NCBI GenBank assembly: GCA_026936335.1
Contig: JAPMXV010000042.1
Span: 647,096 to 711,095 of the forward strand
DNA from: Mantamonas sphyraenae STR306
Taxonomy: Eukaryota; Protista; CRuMs
DNA: 64,000 nucleotides
Direction of reading: 5' to 3'
Shown: piece after piece, positions 36,593 through 48,500 of the stretch
Layout of the letters: each line of letters begins with the position of its first letter
How positions within the stretch are numbered: position 1 is the first letter of the stretch
Position numbers and translations under genes: made by a program
The notes under the pieces: generated by a model
The model's database searches: none
What the model was told of the DNA's origin: nothing
What the model saw: only the letters and a program-made list of their open reading frames with translations

Positions 36593-38018
36593 CCTGTGCA
36601 GCCTGCTTGAGCATTGCTCGCGGAGGATTGGCTGAAGGGAGCAATTGCTGAATAAATAGGAGGGCACGTCTCGATGTATGCTTGAGAAGCTCGTGTTTCT
36701 GGGCTTCGGCTGGGCTGTCGTCCCACTCTGCGCGCAACTCAGGCAGTGCGCAGAGCAAGAGGACAGCGGCAACAACAGATCGCTGCTCTGCGTCGGGGCA
36801 ACATAGCAGCAGGGTGCCCTTTTGTTCCACAAGCACGTGATGGGCGAACGACACCAAGTCGTCGTGCTGGGCCACGAGGGGTCGCTTGTTCTTGCTAAAC
36901 ACCATGGGCACGTGGAGGAGGCGTCGCGAGTGCGCCTCAGATGCTTGCTGTGCATGCTGGCTGACTACTAAGCTGTACTCGTCGGCACAAGTCACCACGG
37001 CGTCAAAGGCATCCAATAGACGGTTGAGGTTCAACGCACGCGGTGGAATCGCCGCAATGCAGAGCTGTGTAGGCTGAAGCTGGACTGCGTCGGCCGGATT
37101 TACGTCTTGGCACGTGCTGTTGCTGCTGCTGCTGCTACTGGCTCCCGGCTCAGCACCAAACTCTTGCGCACTCACAATATCATGCAAGCATTCGCGGAGA
37201 GATTCTGGGTTGTCGCATGCGAGGAGCTGGGTGCGGTTGCTGAGAAAGTCGCCCGGCTGTAGGCCCTCACTCCATGTCTCGTGGTCGTCCCCGGCTCCCT
37301 GACAATATGTGTACACGTTGCCGCGGTAAGTGTACTGGGGAGGGACGAGGCCTGTGACACGTGAGCACTGCATGAGCACGATAGGCGTAAAGGGCAGATC
37401 GTGGAACAAGGGCGGGTCTGCAGGCATTTGCTTCCACAGATTGGACTGTGGGCTGATCCACAGCGGACGCAGTGGATGTGAACATGCCACACGCGTGTCC
37501 GCGTAGGTCTTGAGCATGTGCGAGGCGTCTGCGAGGAGCGTGTTGACCCAGCCGTCGAGTTTGCTCTCCAAGATGGCTTTCTCCTTTGCAGATACCCACG
37601 CGGGTAAGTGCAGCTGACACGCGGCGTCTTGTGCGTCCCAGCATCCACTCAGTGCACCGAGAGCACGGTTGAGGACGGCACACCACACCGGGACGGTTTT
37701 GCTGAACGCGTCCGGAAAGGATTTGCCCTCGCGACACGAGTCAACCAGCACACAGCCCGTGTGGGTGTTGCACACGTCGAGGAGATGCAGGTTGAGCCTG
37801 CGCATGGAGAAGGACCAGTTGCCGTAGTGGCCGTCTGTGCTCTTGAAGCGGCAAGTGTGTTCAAACGAGCCGTACCACGCCCCAGCGCGTAGGTTGGCCA
37901 CAAGAGGCAGCTGGATGAGCTGGTGCATGTCTTGCACGTAGGTTTGGTCGTATGCAATGGACAAAAGCCGGTCCCACAGACTGTACTGGATGCCGTGAGT
38001 ACGGTGCCTCCGCGACAT
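36558..38018 (-). CDS. RIT1: tRNA A64-2'-O-ribosylphosphate transferase (Rit1)
   Basis: DRLLSI, LPLVANLRAGAWY, FKSTDGHYGNWSFSMRRLNLHLL, VDSCREGKSFPDAFSKTVPVWCAVLNR, YCQGAGDDHETWSEGL, and C-terminal ANPPRAMLKQ. Confidence 0.92.
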   Translation of the reverse strand: MSRRHRTHGIQYSLWDRLLSIAYDQTYVQDMHQLIQLPLVANLRAGAWYGSFEHTCRFKSTDGHYGNWSFSMRRLNLHLLDVCNTHTGCVLVDSCREGKSFPDAFSKTVPVWCAVLNRALGALSGCWDAQDAACQLHLPAWVSAKEKAILESKLDGWVNTLLADASHMLKTYADTRVACSHPLRPLWISPQSNLWKQMPADPPLFHDLPFTPIVLMQCSRVTGLVPPQYTYRGNVYTYCQGAGDDHETWSEGLQPGDFLSNRTQLLACDNPESLRECLHDIVSAQEFGAEPGASSSSSSNSTCQDVNPADAVQLQPTQLCIAAIPPRALNLNRLLDAFDAVVTCADEYSLVVSQHAQQASEAHSRRLLHVPMVFSKNKRPLVAQHDDLVSFAHHVLVEQKGTLLLCCPDAEQRSVVAAVLLLCALPELRAEWDDSPAEAQKHELLKHTSRRALLFIQQLLPSANPPRAMLKQAAQVKSRPRDDEAN

Positions 38019-38055
38019 GGGCAGGTCTGGGCACGATCGGGCATGCTGAATCGAT

Positions 38056-40260
38056 TCATTTGCTGTTGGTTGACTCCTGCTTGTACTCGAGGAAACGTTC
38101 CATGTTTTCCAGGGCCTCAAAGGTGTGCTCCATGGCCACTTCGTCGACATCGTCGGCGCGTGCGGAGGTCTCCGCACGTTTGATGTGACCAGCAAGTGAT
38201 CGGGACAAAAGGTCATCGCAGTCGAGCTCAGCATACACATGGTCAAAATGGTAGTCTCCAAAGAGGTCCATAAGGGCATTGAGAGCCTCTGTCAGCAGCG
38301 GCAGCTCGGTGCGCTTGCTGGTGTGGTCGAGGAGCCAGGAGGCGAGGGTGTGGACCATCTGCACATCATCCCTGTTCTCGGCATCCAGAAAGTGTACAAA
38401 GATGCCCGACATGCCCAGGAGATTGACTCGGGTGGCATCCGAGACGCGCTTGTCCTTGGCGAGCTCCACCAGGGCGTGCATCTGTTCGTGCTCAATCGTG
38501 GCCACCACATCCTGCTGGCCCAGGATCTGCTGGGCTGCACGAAGAGATGTCCACATGGCGGCAGTGCATTCTTCCACCAGGTCCATCTGGTCCAGCTGTG
38601 CGGCCAGCTCAGCCACGGAGTAGATGTCGTTCCAAAAGGCCACGGGGTCGCCAAGAGTGACCGCCCAGCCCATGAGGAGGTTGTTGATGCTGCTCATGGC
38701 ACCCATGTGCACAGCCTCGAGTTCTTGCAACAGCTCACCGATGACTGTGTCGTTGTCCATGTTTGCAGGCAGGGTGGCGACGTCAAACGGTTTTGCGCGT
38801 TGAAGGATGAGCTGCAGGAGGCCGTCGTCACCGTCGTTGCCGTCGTCCCCTGTCACGGCCTTGACGAGGATGTCCTCGAGCGCAGGTTCTCCTGCTTCTT
38901 TGAGTTCGGCCGCCATATTGGCCAGACATTGCAAGGCGGTGCTCTGCGAGCTGAGGATGACGCCCATGTCTTTGAGCTCGGACTCCATGTCGTCGATAAT
39001 CTGCTGGGTGCTGACCTTGCCATTGTCGTTGTCCTGCTCATCTTGTTCGTCTTCCTCCTCCCCTTGGTCGTGGATGTCGCGGAGGACGGCCTGGTCGTCG
39101 TCCTCGGTACCTCCGTGCTTGCCGGCTGTAAGGTCGACGGCGTTGATGAGGTTATCGACAGCATCGAGGGAGAGGACGTTGGCAAAAAGATCGAGTACGG
39201 CGGGAAGGGTGTGTTCAGACAGCACTTGGCATTGGTAGGCGAGCACGGAAGCATAGACAGCGAGCTCAAGGTTGTGGTCGCCGTCGCTGACAATGGTCAT
39301 CATGAGCTCGACCATGTCTGCGTTGCGATTATGAAACAGGTCACCGATGTCAGGATTGGCGTCGGTGACGGCAAGAAGGGCTTGCGCAGCCACGAGGGTG
39401 AGCTGCGCGGGTGCTTCGTCGGGATCCAGGCAGCGAAAGAGAAACTCGAGCAGAAGCTGCGGCTCCTTGTTGAAGGTTTCCACTGCAAGCTGAGAGTTTT
39501 CCCACAGGACCCACAGAAGGGCAACAAGCTGCTCGAGAAACAGATAGTGGAACTTGAGGACGCCCCGGTAGAGCTTGGGGTCGCGCAGACTTGTTTGGCC
39601 TTGGTTTCGTTCTTGCTCCTTCTGCGTCTGCTCGTCTTCCAGGGCTTCGACGTTGGAGAACTGCACCACATGCGTGATTGGCCACGGGGCGCAGTTGTGT
39701 GTGCATGTGTGTGTGCGAGAGAGAGTGTGTGAGTGAGTGAGAGTGCGTGCGTTCTCCTGCAGGAGAGGCCGGACTTGAAAGGGGGGGTTCCGGCCGCTTG
39801 GCGGGGCTGTTAAACGTACGAGGTCGATGGCTTCAGTAATGTGGTGCATGATTTGATGGGCATCAACGAGGTCGTCGGAGGACTCGCTTGCAGTGAGGAT
39901 GGCGATAGCGCGTAGGGCAGTGGCAGCGGAAATGCGCATGTCCACCGATTGGCGGTGGGTCAGGAGAGGTGCGAGCTTGTCGATTGTGCCACACCGTTTC
40001 ACGTGGGTGTAGAATGCGTCTGGTTGGGTTGTGTCTTGTGCCAGCATGGTGATCTTCTCTGCAGCAAAGATGCGTTCGTTGAGGTCAAGGGCGGCAAGCG
40101 ACCCCGTGTGCTCGCGGACGGCAGCGCTGGTGTCGTCGTCGAGGTCATCCCCGTGCTGGGAGCTGTTGCGACCACCACGGCGTCCGCTGTACGGTGAGGA
40201 GGTGGAGGAGGAAGATGCCGAGGAGGAAGCGAGGCCGCGACGTGGTTTGACCTTGGACAT
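38056..40260 (-). CDS. HEATR3: HEATR3/Syo1 (symportin-1)-like ARM/HEAT protein; 2 exons (start could be 40281)
   Basis: Basic N-terminus MSKVKPRR, AATALRAIA, LLWVLWENSQLAVETFN, AAQALLAVTDAN, acidic loop, C-terminal EALNALMDLFGD...LENMERFLEYK. One in-frame intron ~39819-39661. Confidence 0.78.
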   Translation of the reverse strand: MSKVKPRRGLASSSASSSSTSSPYSGRRGGRNSSQHGDDLDDDTSAAVREHTGSLAALDLNERIFAAEKITMLAQDTTQPDAFYTHVKRCGTIDKLAPLLTHRQSVDMRISAATALRAIAILTASESSDDLVDAHQIMHHITEAIDLVRLTAPPSGRNPPFQVRPLLQENARTLTHSHTLSRTHTCTHNCAPWPITHVVQFSNVEALEDEQTQKEQERNQGQTSLRDPKLYRGVLKFHYLFLEQLVALLWVLWENSQLAVETFNKEPQLLLEFLFRCLDPDEAPAQLTLVAAQALLAVTDANPDIGDLFHNRNADMVELMMTIVSDGDHNLELAVYASVLAYQCQVLSEHTLPAVLDLFANVLSLDAVDNLINAVDLTAGKHGGTEDDDQAVLRDIHDQGEEEDEQDEQDNDNGKVSTQQIIDDMESELKDMGVILSSQSTALQCLANMAAELKEAGEPALEDILVKAVTGDDGNDGDDGLLQLILQRAKPFDVATLPANMDNDTVIGELLQELEAVHMGAMSSINNLLMGWAVTLGDPVAFWNDIYSVAELAAQLDQMDLVEECTAAMWTSLRAAQQILGQQDVVATIEHEQMHALVELAKDKRVSDATRVNLLGMSGIFVHFLDAENRDDVQMVHTLASWLLDHTSKRTELPLLTEALNALMDLFGDYHFDHVYAELDCDDLLSRSLAGHIKRAETSARADDVDEVAMEHTFEALENMERFLEYKQESTNSK

Positions 40261-40392
40261 CGGTGCGATTTCGGTGGGCATGTGAGGGCGTGAATAAGAA
40301 CAGCAAAGGGAAGGGTGGACACAGAGTAATGGATCTTGGCGGTGATGGATGTGGGAAGAGTGAGGGTGCGCGGGCCAAGGCAGCGGTCGGAG

Positions 40393-43300
40393 ATGTCGTC
40401 GTTTGCACACTTGGACGAAGAGTCGAGCTCGGACGACGAAACGCTGACAAGGAGGCGCATCACGGCCGGGTTCACGTTTGGTAATGTGGACAAACGGGGC
40501 TTCATCACGGAGGACCACTACGACAAAGAGGTATGCAGGCGTGGGTGGGGGAGGACGAGCGGAGAGTCGGAGCACGACCGACTGGGTTTAGCAGGACGGG
40601 GTGGCTGACGGTGACGGGAGGGACACACGGGCGCGGACACACACACGCACACACACAGACACGCGACGACTTGGACGAATTGGATGAGACCGAGGCGGCT
40701 GAGAAGCAGTTTGCGGTGAACAAGATCGCCAAGGTCAGCCGGTCGGAAATGCAGAGCGGCAAGGGAGACACAGACGACGTGGACGTGGAACCCGATGGTG
40801 AGTGGGGGAGAGCCGCATGAAGGAGGAGAGAGGATGAGTTTGCATCGGACGCATAAGCGATGGGACAAAGGCACGGGCTGGGGCAGTGGCTGGAGTTGCA
40901 GAGGTGATCAACCCTCTCGAGGAGCGAGCAGAGAGGACTGGGTTTTCAGGGCCGGAGCAGAGTGGACAGCGGCTGACACGAAAGAACGGGTGGGTGGGAA
41001 ATGACAGACGAGGCCCAGGACTACTCGAACATCACCGAAGAGATTGAGATTGATGGAGAGTTTGAGATGAACAAGGACGCGTACTACGAGCAGGGGTTGG
41101 AGGCGCTGAAGAGCGGATTGACACGGAAAGGAGCCGCAGCTGAAGACTACGACGACGACAGCGACGAGGAAGAGAGTGCAGCTCCGCAGCGGGTGGTACT
41201 GGACGAGGCCACGATCCTGCAAAAGACACAAGAGGCGAAGGAGCTGCAGGAGGCGGCGGAGAAGGCGCGCAAGTCGCTTCAAACGAAACGGCGGCGGGAA
41301 CGCAAAGAACAAAAGGCGAAGCAGCGAGCGCGCAACCGACGCAGACGTAGGCAGCGTGGTTCAGACTCGGAGGGCTCAAGTTCGTCGGAGTCAGAATCGG
41401 ACCTGTCTCCGGAGGAAGAAGAAGCGGAGGAGGCGACGCCGTGGCAACCGCCGCAGCTGGAGCCCACGCAGCTTCTGCGCTTCACAGACCTGTTTGCGAG
41501 CGCAGACGTGGACGACTACTTTGAGGGCAAAGAGATCGAGTCGCTGCTGTACACACAGAAGCGGCGAAAGCGCAAGAAGCGGCGCCAGGCGAAACGGCGG
41601 CGGCTGATGCAGACAACAACGGAAAGGACTCTGTCAGTAGGGCTGGCGCGATTGGACGAACACAAAGCGGCACGGTTCGACAAAATGGCACGCACTGTGG
41701 AAGACACGGACGGGTACGAAGCGATGGCTCGCACGTTTGGATTCCGCACGCTGGACGGCAAGCAGTACGACGTGGGCACAAGCTCGAGCGCCGCATCGGT
41801 GGAAGCGTCGCAATGGGTGGCGCGTGCTCAAGAGGCACTGAGGAAGCATCTGTCGATTGTGGAGGTGGACGAGTGGGAGCAAGGCATCCAGTGGGGTGAA
41901 GAGGACGTCGAGCCGGTGCAAGAGGAGGGCAAGGCGGTAGTGATGGGGATGGTGATGCCTGGAGAAGAGGAAGCAGAGAGGAAAACGTCGTGGCAAAGTC
42001 GCTCGGGTAGGTTGACAAAGGACGAAGAGGAGGCACGACGGGTGCTGGAGGCGATTGAACGCGAAGAGGCAATTCTAAAGGCAGAACAGGCCCAGAACAA
42101 CCTGAGCGCCACGGAACGTCACCTTCAGGCGCTGCAGCACCTTCAAGGAGGGGTGGCGACGCGACAGGGAGGAGAGGATGCCATGGAGGAGGAGGAACAG
42201 GCAAGCGAGAGGGCCAACAAGGAGGAGGGCGAGGAGGACGATGACGATGCAGAGCTTGTGAAGGCGCTGACGGTAAAGAGCATGGCTGGGGTGGGCCAGT
42301 TGCAGGAGAAGCGGATGCTTTCGTTGTTGAAGTGGAACCGGTCGGAGGTTGAAACGGATGAGTGGGAGCGAGCGATCGTGTGGGACGAGGAGAAACTGCC
42401 GCCCGAGTACGACAGGCGCACGGAACTGATTTTGGATCTGAACGACCCGCACATGAGCATGGATGTTGCCGAGAGTGCCAAGGACGGGATCGACGGAGAC
42501 GAGCAGGAGCAGCAGGCGGAACGTGCTCTGCGTGTGGTGGACGATAGTGTGGACCGGTTCAACCTGTCGTTCGATCGGTTCTACAACGCAGTGGAGCATG
42601 TGGTGCACAAAAAGGTGCGCGACGTGACGATTGCACACGTGGACCACACGTTGCGTTGGGCGCTGCAGAAGCCGCAGCTGCCGATGCACGAGCTGCTGCG
42701 ATACCACAGGCCTCGCATCGACGTGACAAACGGGCTGCGTGGGTCAATGACGCTGCTGACAGACGAGGAGACCATCTTCAAGAAGCGAAAGATTGCAAAG
42801 ATCTCGGTCAACTCGATCAAGGGCACGCAGGCGTTTGTGTCGAAGCTGCACTCGAAGGACATGACGGCACACGACGGACGCATTGTGCTGATGGAGTACT
42901 ACGAACGGCACCCGCCGATGCTGGGCTCAACGGGCATGTGCTCCGTGATCCAAAACTTTTACCGCAAGGTGAGCAGCGACGACCCGCATGTGCCGCGTAT
43001 GGACGATGGGACGGCAGAAGTGTTGGAGCCGGACGAGGTGGCGCCGTTTCTGGGCGAAATGGAACGTGGCGAGACAATCCAGATGGCGCAAAACCTGATG
43101 TACCGGCTGCCGTTTGTGCAGCACGACGTGGCGGCGACGGACTTTTTGTGGATCCGGTCGCGCGACGGGCGGTCGTACATCCGAGACATCCCGGCGATGT
43201 ACCTTGGCGCGGCGTGCCAGTCGCTGATGAATGTGCCGCATCCGAACGGGCGTTTTGCGCGAGCAAACAACGGGAACGCTGTGGAGGCGTACATCCAGAG

Positions 43301-45557
43301 GACGTTCCACAAGTCGCTGTCGAACCGGAAGAAAGATCAACGTGCGGATTTGATGATGGTGGATCTGGACGTGATCCTGCGTGCGTTTCCGTACCACTCG
43401 TCGGATTTCGTGGTGCAGAAGCTGCGCGAAATCGCCGAGTACGAACGGGACACTGGAGGATGGCGACTGAAGGACACAAAGGCAGGGCGCACAGAAAGGG
43501 ACATTGTGAGCGCAGAGCAGCTTGCGATGAACTATGGGATGCAGTCGAGCATCCTATGGTTGTTCATGAACGGGGTCACGACCATCTCGCGCCCGGACGA
43601 CTACGATTGGGCGATCGAGTCGCTGAACCCGGGTCGTGAGCGAGAGGTTGCGTGGTACATCGACCATCTGATGCAGTACACGTCATGGGTGTCCAGTTTT
43701 GCATTCACGCACGGGACGCTGGGCAAGGGCATCCTGACGCTGGATCCGTACGGGACGCACGACGGGTGGTCGTGGAAGCGACGATCTAGCAGAGTGCCTC
43801 CTCCGGTGCGATCGTTTGCAGGGATGGAGCCGCACACGAAGGGCATGGACTCACGTACGCCGCGGGAGGTGGAGGACTACCTGTTCCGCCGCAAGTTGCG
43901 TGAGGTCAGCACGCGAGTTATCCGAGGCATCGACAGCGATGAAGACAGCGACGAAGAGAGTGACGAGGGGAGCGACGACGACTTTGGAGCCAGCTTGGCG
44001 GCTGAACTGCAGACGATGGAGGCGAAGGAGCGAGAGCAGGAGCAGGAAATGATGCTGGACAGCATGTTTGGCGCGGTTGGCAAAGACAAAGAGAAGGAGA
44101 AGGAGAAGGGTAAAGAGACAAGCACGGGATCAAGCGAAATGGCCGTTGAACCCCAACGTGATGTGTCTGGGTTGGCCGCGGCGGCGGCGTCGTCGACGTC
44201 GTCGTCGATGATGGATGTGGATGACGCGGCAGCTGTAGCAGCAGCAACCGCCCTTGCTTCGGGAAGCGAAGGTACCGCGATGGGCGCAGAGGGGCAGGGC
44301 ACAAGCGTAGAGGGCGCAACGACGGCGCCGCCTGTGAAGATCGAAGGACCAACGCGTGCGGGAGGAACGAAGCCACGGATGAACAGGGCCAAGGAGATGG
44401 AGGCAAAGGTGCGTGCACGAGTACCTGTTGGAGACGAGTTTACGGCAGAGGGGCTGGTAGAGGTGCGTCGTGCGGTGGAGGGGTCGAGGATCCTGCGTAC
44501 GGCGATCCACGACACGGGAGACTCGAGCTCGGACGAGGACGAGGCGTGGTCGGGAGGCGAAGAGGAAAAACTTATCCGGGAGTACTATGCAGAGCTGGCC
44601 AAGAAGAGCAAGCGCAAGGTGATCAAGCGGGTGGTGGTGAAAATGGAGGACAAAAAGGTCGTGGACCGGAAGACGCAGATCTTCAAAAACCCATTGCGCG
44701 TGCGACAGTACGAGATTGCAAAGGCCACAAAGTGGAGCAGGAACGCAACGAACCGCATGTGGACGGAGAAGAGCGAAAAGGATGTGATCGGTATGGCTGT
44801 GCAGGACCAGACGGTGCCTACGTGCAGCGCATGCGGACAGAAGGGCCACAAGAAGAACTACAGCGGATGTCCGATGTTTGTGAGCAAGAAGAAGCCCAAG
44901 GGATCGGGACGTGGACGTGGGCGCGGACGTGGGCGCGGACGAGGGCGAGGAAAGGCAGCGTCTGCAGGACGGGGCAAAAAGAGCGAGGGCGGAACGAGCA
45001 AGGCGCGCAAGGGCACACGGACAAAGCGCAGCAGGACGGATGACGAGAGCGAGAGCGAGGCAGAGGCGGAAATGAGCGGCGATGGAAGCAGCGATGAGGG
45101 GGCGGACGGGTGGACAGCAGAGTCGGATGAGGAGGAGGAAAAGGCGTCGTCACGAAGCACACGGCGCAAGGGCAAGTCGAAGAAGCGGTCTGTGGACGCC
45201 ACGGAATTGGTGGAGCATATGGAGGAGAACGGAGATGACATTGAGAAGCTGAACGCAAAGATTTGGCGGGCGACAGAGGAGTTGAAGCAGTCGTCGGACG
45301 GGCAGCAGTTTGCGTCGCTGGATGAGGAGGAGTGGAGCGAGTATGTGCGGCGACACATGGATCTGGAGGCAGTGCAGAGCAAGGCTCTGGAAGGCATGTT
45401 TGTGACGGTGGAAGAGTTTGTGGAGGACATTCAGCTGCTGGTGAGCAACACGGAGGATTATGACATTGCAAACGACAACCAGTTCCAGGACATGGTGGAG
45501 GCAAGCAGAAGGGTATTGGAGGACGCACGCGAAGCTGCAGAGGAGATGGAGGAGTGA
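40393..45557 (+). CDS. TAF1: TFIID subunit TAF1; 3 exons
   Basis: TAND-like GFTFGNVD and DYSNI; LILDLNDP, FNLSFDRFY, YHRPR, LMEYYERHPP..GM..I.NFYRK, PFLG, NLMYRLP, TDFL; zinc knuckle CSACGQKGHKKNYSGCP; C-terminal bromodomain-like MDL...F..DI.L...N...Y. Confidence 0.9.
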
Positions 45558-45593
45558 GAGATGGGGGGGGAATGTTCACCAATCAGCATTTCG

Positions 45594-48500
45594 TCATTTC
45601 TTTCCTTTGCCCTTGGCCGACTTTTTGCTCTTTTCACCTTCGACTTTGAAGGCCTCAAAGGCGGCCTCGCGTTGGCGCTGGATTTGGCCCTGGCGCTTGA
45701 CGTCGTTGCGGATGGAGTTTGTGCGCTTGCGTGCGAGACGGTAGGCGTCGAGGTCGGCGACGTAGTTGATGACCGTCATCCAGAGGTCGCGCTCCTCTTC
45801 GGTGAGGGGGTTGAGGGTGTACACGCGATCGCTCTTGCTTACGGTGACATTGAAGGCCCATTTGTAGGCTTCGCCGAGACGTTTGGCGCGGGTTACAGAC
45901 GTGCCTGCAGTGATGGGGATCTTGCCCAGCGGCTTTGTCTCGCCCTTGCCTGCGCGGAAATACTCGAGAGAAGAGCCGTTGAGCATGAAGAAGCGGTCCT
46001 TCCAGGAGCGGAGGCCGTTGGGAGAGCGCTTTTGCAGTGGGCCGCTAAAATCTTCGACAAAGCCTTCGGGAGGAGCGGGCGGGCGGGAAAGGCCAGACAT
46101 CCTGTGGATGCGATCAAGGGTGATGGCGTGGGACAGCTTATGCTTAGGTTCGTCGACTTGGTTGTGGAGGTGTGCCTGTTGGATCATGTCGGCCATGTCC
46201 TTGCGCTTGAAGGCGTCGACGAGGATGGCCGAGTCCTTTCGCATTGCGTCGCGTGCAAAGCCGCTCTCGACAATGGTCTTGCCGAGGAGCCTGACGCTGG
46301 ACTTGACCTTTTGGTTGTTGGCCTGGTTGGGGACGTCATACTTGGAGATGGTGGGTCCTTTGTCCGCAGTCATGTGGATGAGGCGCAACCACTCGCGTTC
46401 GAGCTGGGAGGTCATGGCCTGGATGACGTAGCGGCGGCCGTCGGGGTGATCGATATACATGGTATTGACGCGCCCGGTGATGTCTTCTGTCATTTTGCCC
46501 GCAACACAGCCAATGAGGGAGATGGCGCCCGAAGGGACGGGCTCGACGTTTGTGGCATAGTAGGCGAGTTGGTCGTTGTCGAGGACAAAGTATCGCTTCT
46601 TCCAGGTGGTAAAGACACCGCCCTGCTTGTTGAGGTAGCCGACAATGTAGGGGCGCTCGACAAGGGGCTCATCTGGGACGTCGACGAGGTCGAGCTCCTT
46701 GCGGTCCATGAGCTTGTTTGCCTGATAGAGCTCGTCTTCCTCCTTGCGTGTCTGAAGGTACTCTGCGACACGCTCACGAAACTCGACGTCGAATTCGTCT
46801 TTGAGATCGAGGAGGCGTTCCTCCGGGATGTGTTCGCGCAGGTCGAGGTAGGCGTCGATGATCTCCTCCTGGAGGACCTCGACTTCTTGAACAAAGAACT
46901 GCTCGCCAAACTTGATGCGTCGCACGTTGAGACGCTCGAGGCGGTCGAGGGTGTCGAGGCGAACGTTGTCATCGCGGTGGGTAACGAGGGCCTGGAAGAA
47001 CTTTGTGACGCTTTCGCCGAGGGAGGTGCCTGCGGCAGAGTCTTGTTCATGCTCGTCGTAGGTGAGGAGCCAGCGGAAACAGTCCTCGTTGATGAAAACA
47101 TAGAGCAACTCTAGGTCGTGCGGATCCTCAGAGGCGGCTAGTTTGAGCATTTTGCGAAGGCAGCTGGTCATGGCGTGGTCGATGTACTGGACGTGCTCGA
47201 TGGGAATGCCGTGCTCGTCGACGACACGCTTTTGCTTCTGGATTGCCTTTCCCTTGCCTGCGTTGACGCTATGACGCTTCTGAGCGGCGGAGAGGACGTC
47301 GCCCGTAGAGTAAGAGTCTGAGGGAGAGGAAGGAGAGGAAGAAGAAGAGGAGGAGGAGGAGGAGCCTGTGTCGTCTTCTTGGTCGAGTTGATACTTGGCT
47401 TGGCGCAGGAGGGGCTTGACGTCGCTGTCGCCGCGGGTGGCGATGGCAAACTCGCGGACGAGGGTGGTTGCGGCGGAGGAGAGGAGGTCGGTGCGTCCGT
47501 CGCGGTACTTTTCTTCGAGAGAGGAACAGTCGGAGCAAATGCGAAGGCGGTTCCAGTCGTAGAAGGAAAAGTCGACCTTTGTGCTGCAGTCGTCGCAGAC
47601 GATGCGTCCGCAGAGGCGGCAATGGTGTCTGCGGACGATGGAGGTGAACTCTGTTTCGCAGATGGTGCAAACATTTGTGCTGCTGTCGCTCTGCCAGTAC
47701 ATGCGCACGCGGCAGTGTTCTGTGTTTGTGACATCAAACTGGGAAAAGGCGTCCTTGGCCGCTTGGTACTGGTCGTCGACAAAGACGACGCGGGAGGCGT
47801 ACTGGCGCATGTGGTGGAGGACAGCGAGGATACGAAGGGATTGGAAGGAGATGGCGTGGTTGACGGCGCGGAGACTGTGGTCGAGGAGGTGCTTGATGAC
47901 GGCGGCGAGGTAGCCAAAGACCCTGCGGCGGTCGTCTTGGTCGATCCAGTCTTCGGGGGCGGTGAAAGTGTACTGGAACAGCTCCATGAGGATGGCGAGG
48001 CCGTTGTGGAGGTCGACAAAGGTGTTGCACGCGGTCTCGCTGGTGATCTGGTCCTGAATGATGGTGCAGGCAAGGCAGGCAATGGGAACCCAGTCCTGCT
48101 GGCGGGAAATGTGAACGAGGAGGTTGAGGGCAAGGAGATGAAGGTGAATGTCGGTGCGGCGTGCGACAACGGTAAAGACAAGGTCGCGGCAGGCCGGGAC
48201 GTGGAGGGTTTGTGTGATGAGACGCCACTCGGGGTCGGGGTGGAGGAGGTGGAGGCTGACGTTCTTGTTGTAGGCGTAGCGGAGGAGCGGGTCCCAGGAG
48301 CGAATTTTGCCGCACATCTGCTTGTAGGACATGTTGAGAGCAAAGGCAAACTTTGCGAGGAGGGCGTTTGCGACGTCGGAGGTGTTTGGGGTCACCCGGG
48401 CAACGTTGATGGCAAGCGGGAGGCAGAGGGCGGTGGCGACGGGAGCGTAGGGCATGACCTTGAGGAGGATTTGGAAGAGGACGGGCACGATGAAGGGGTT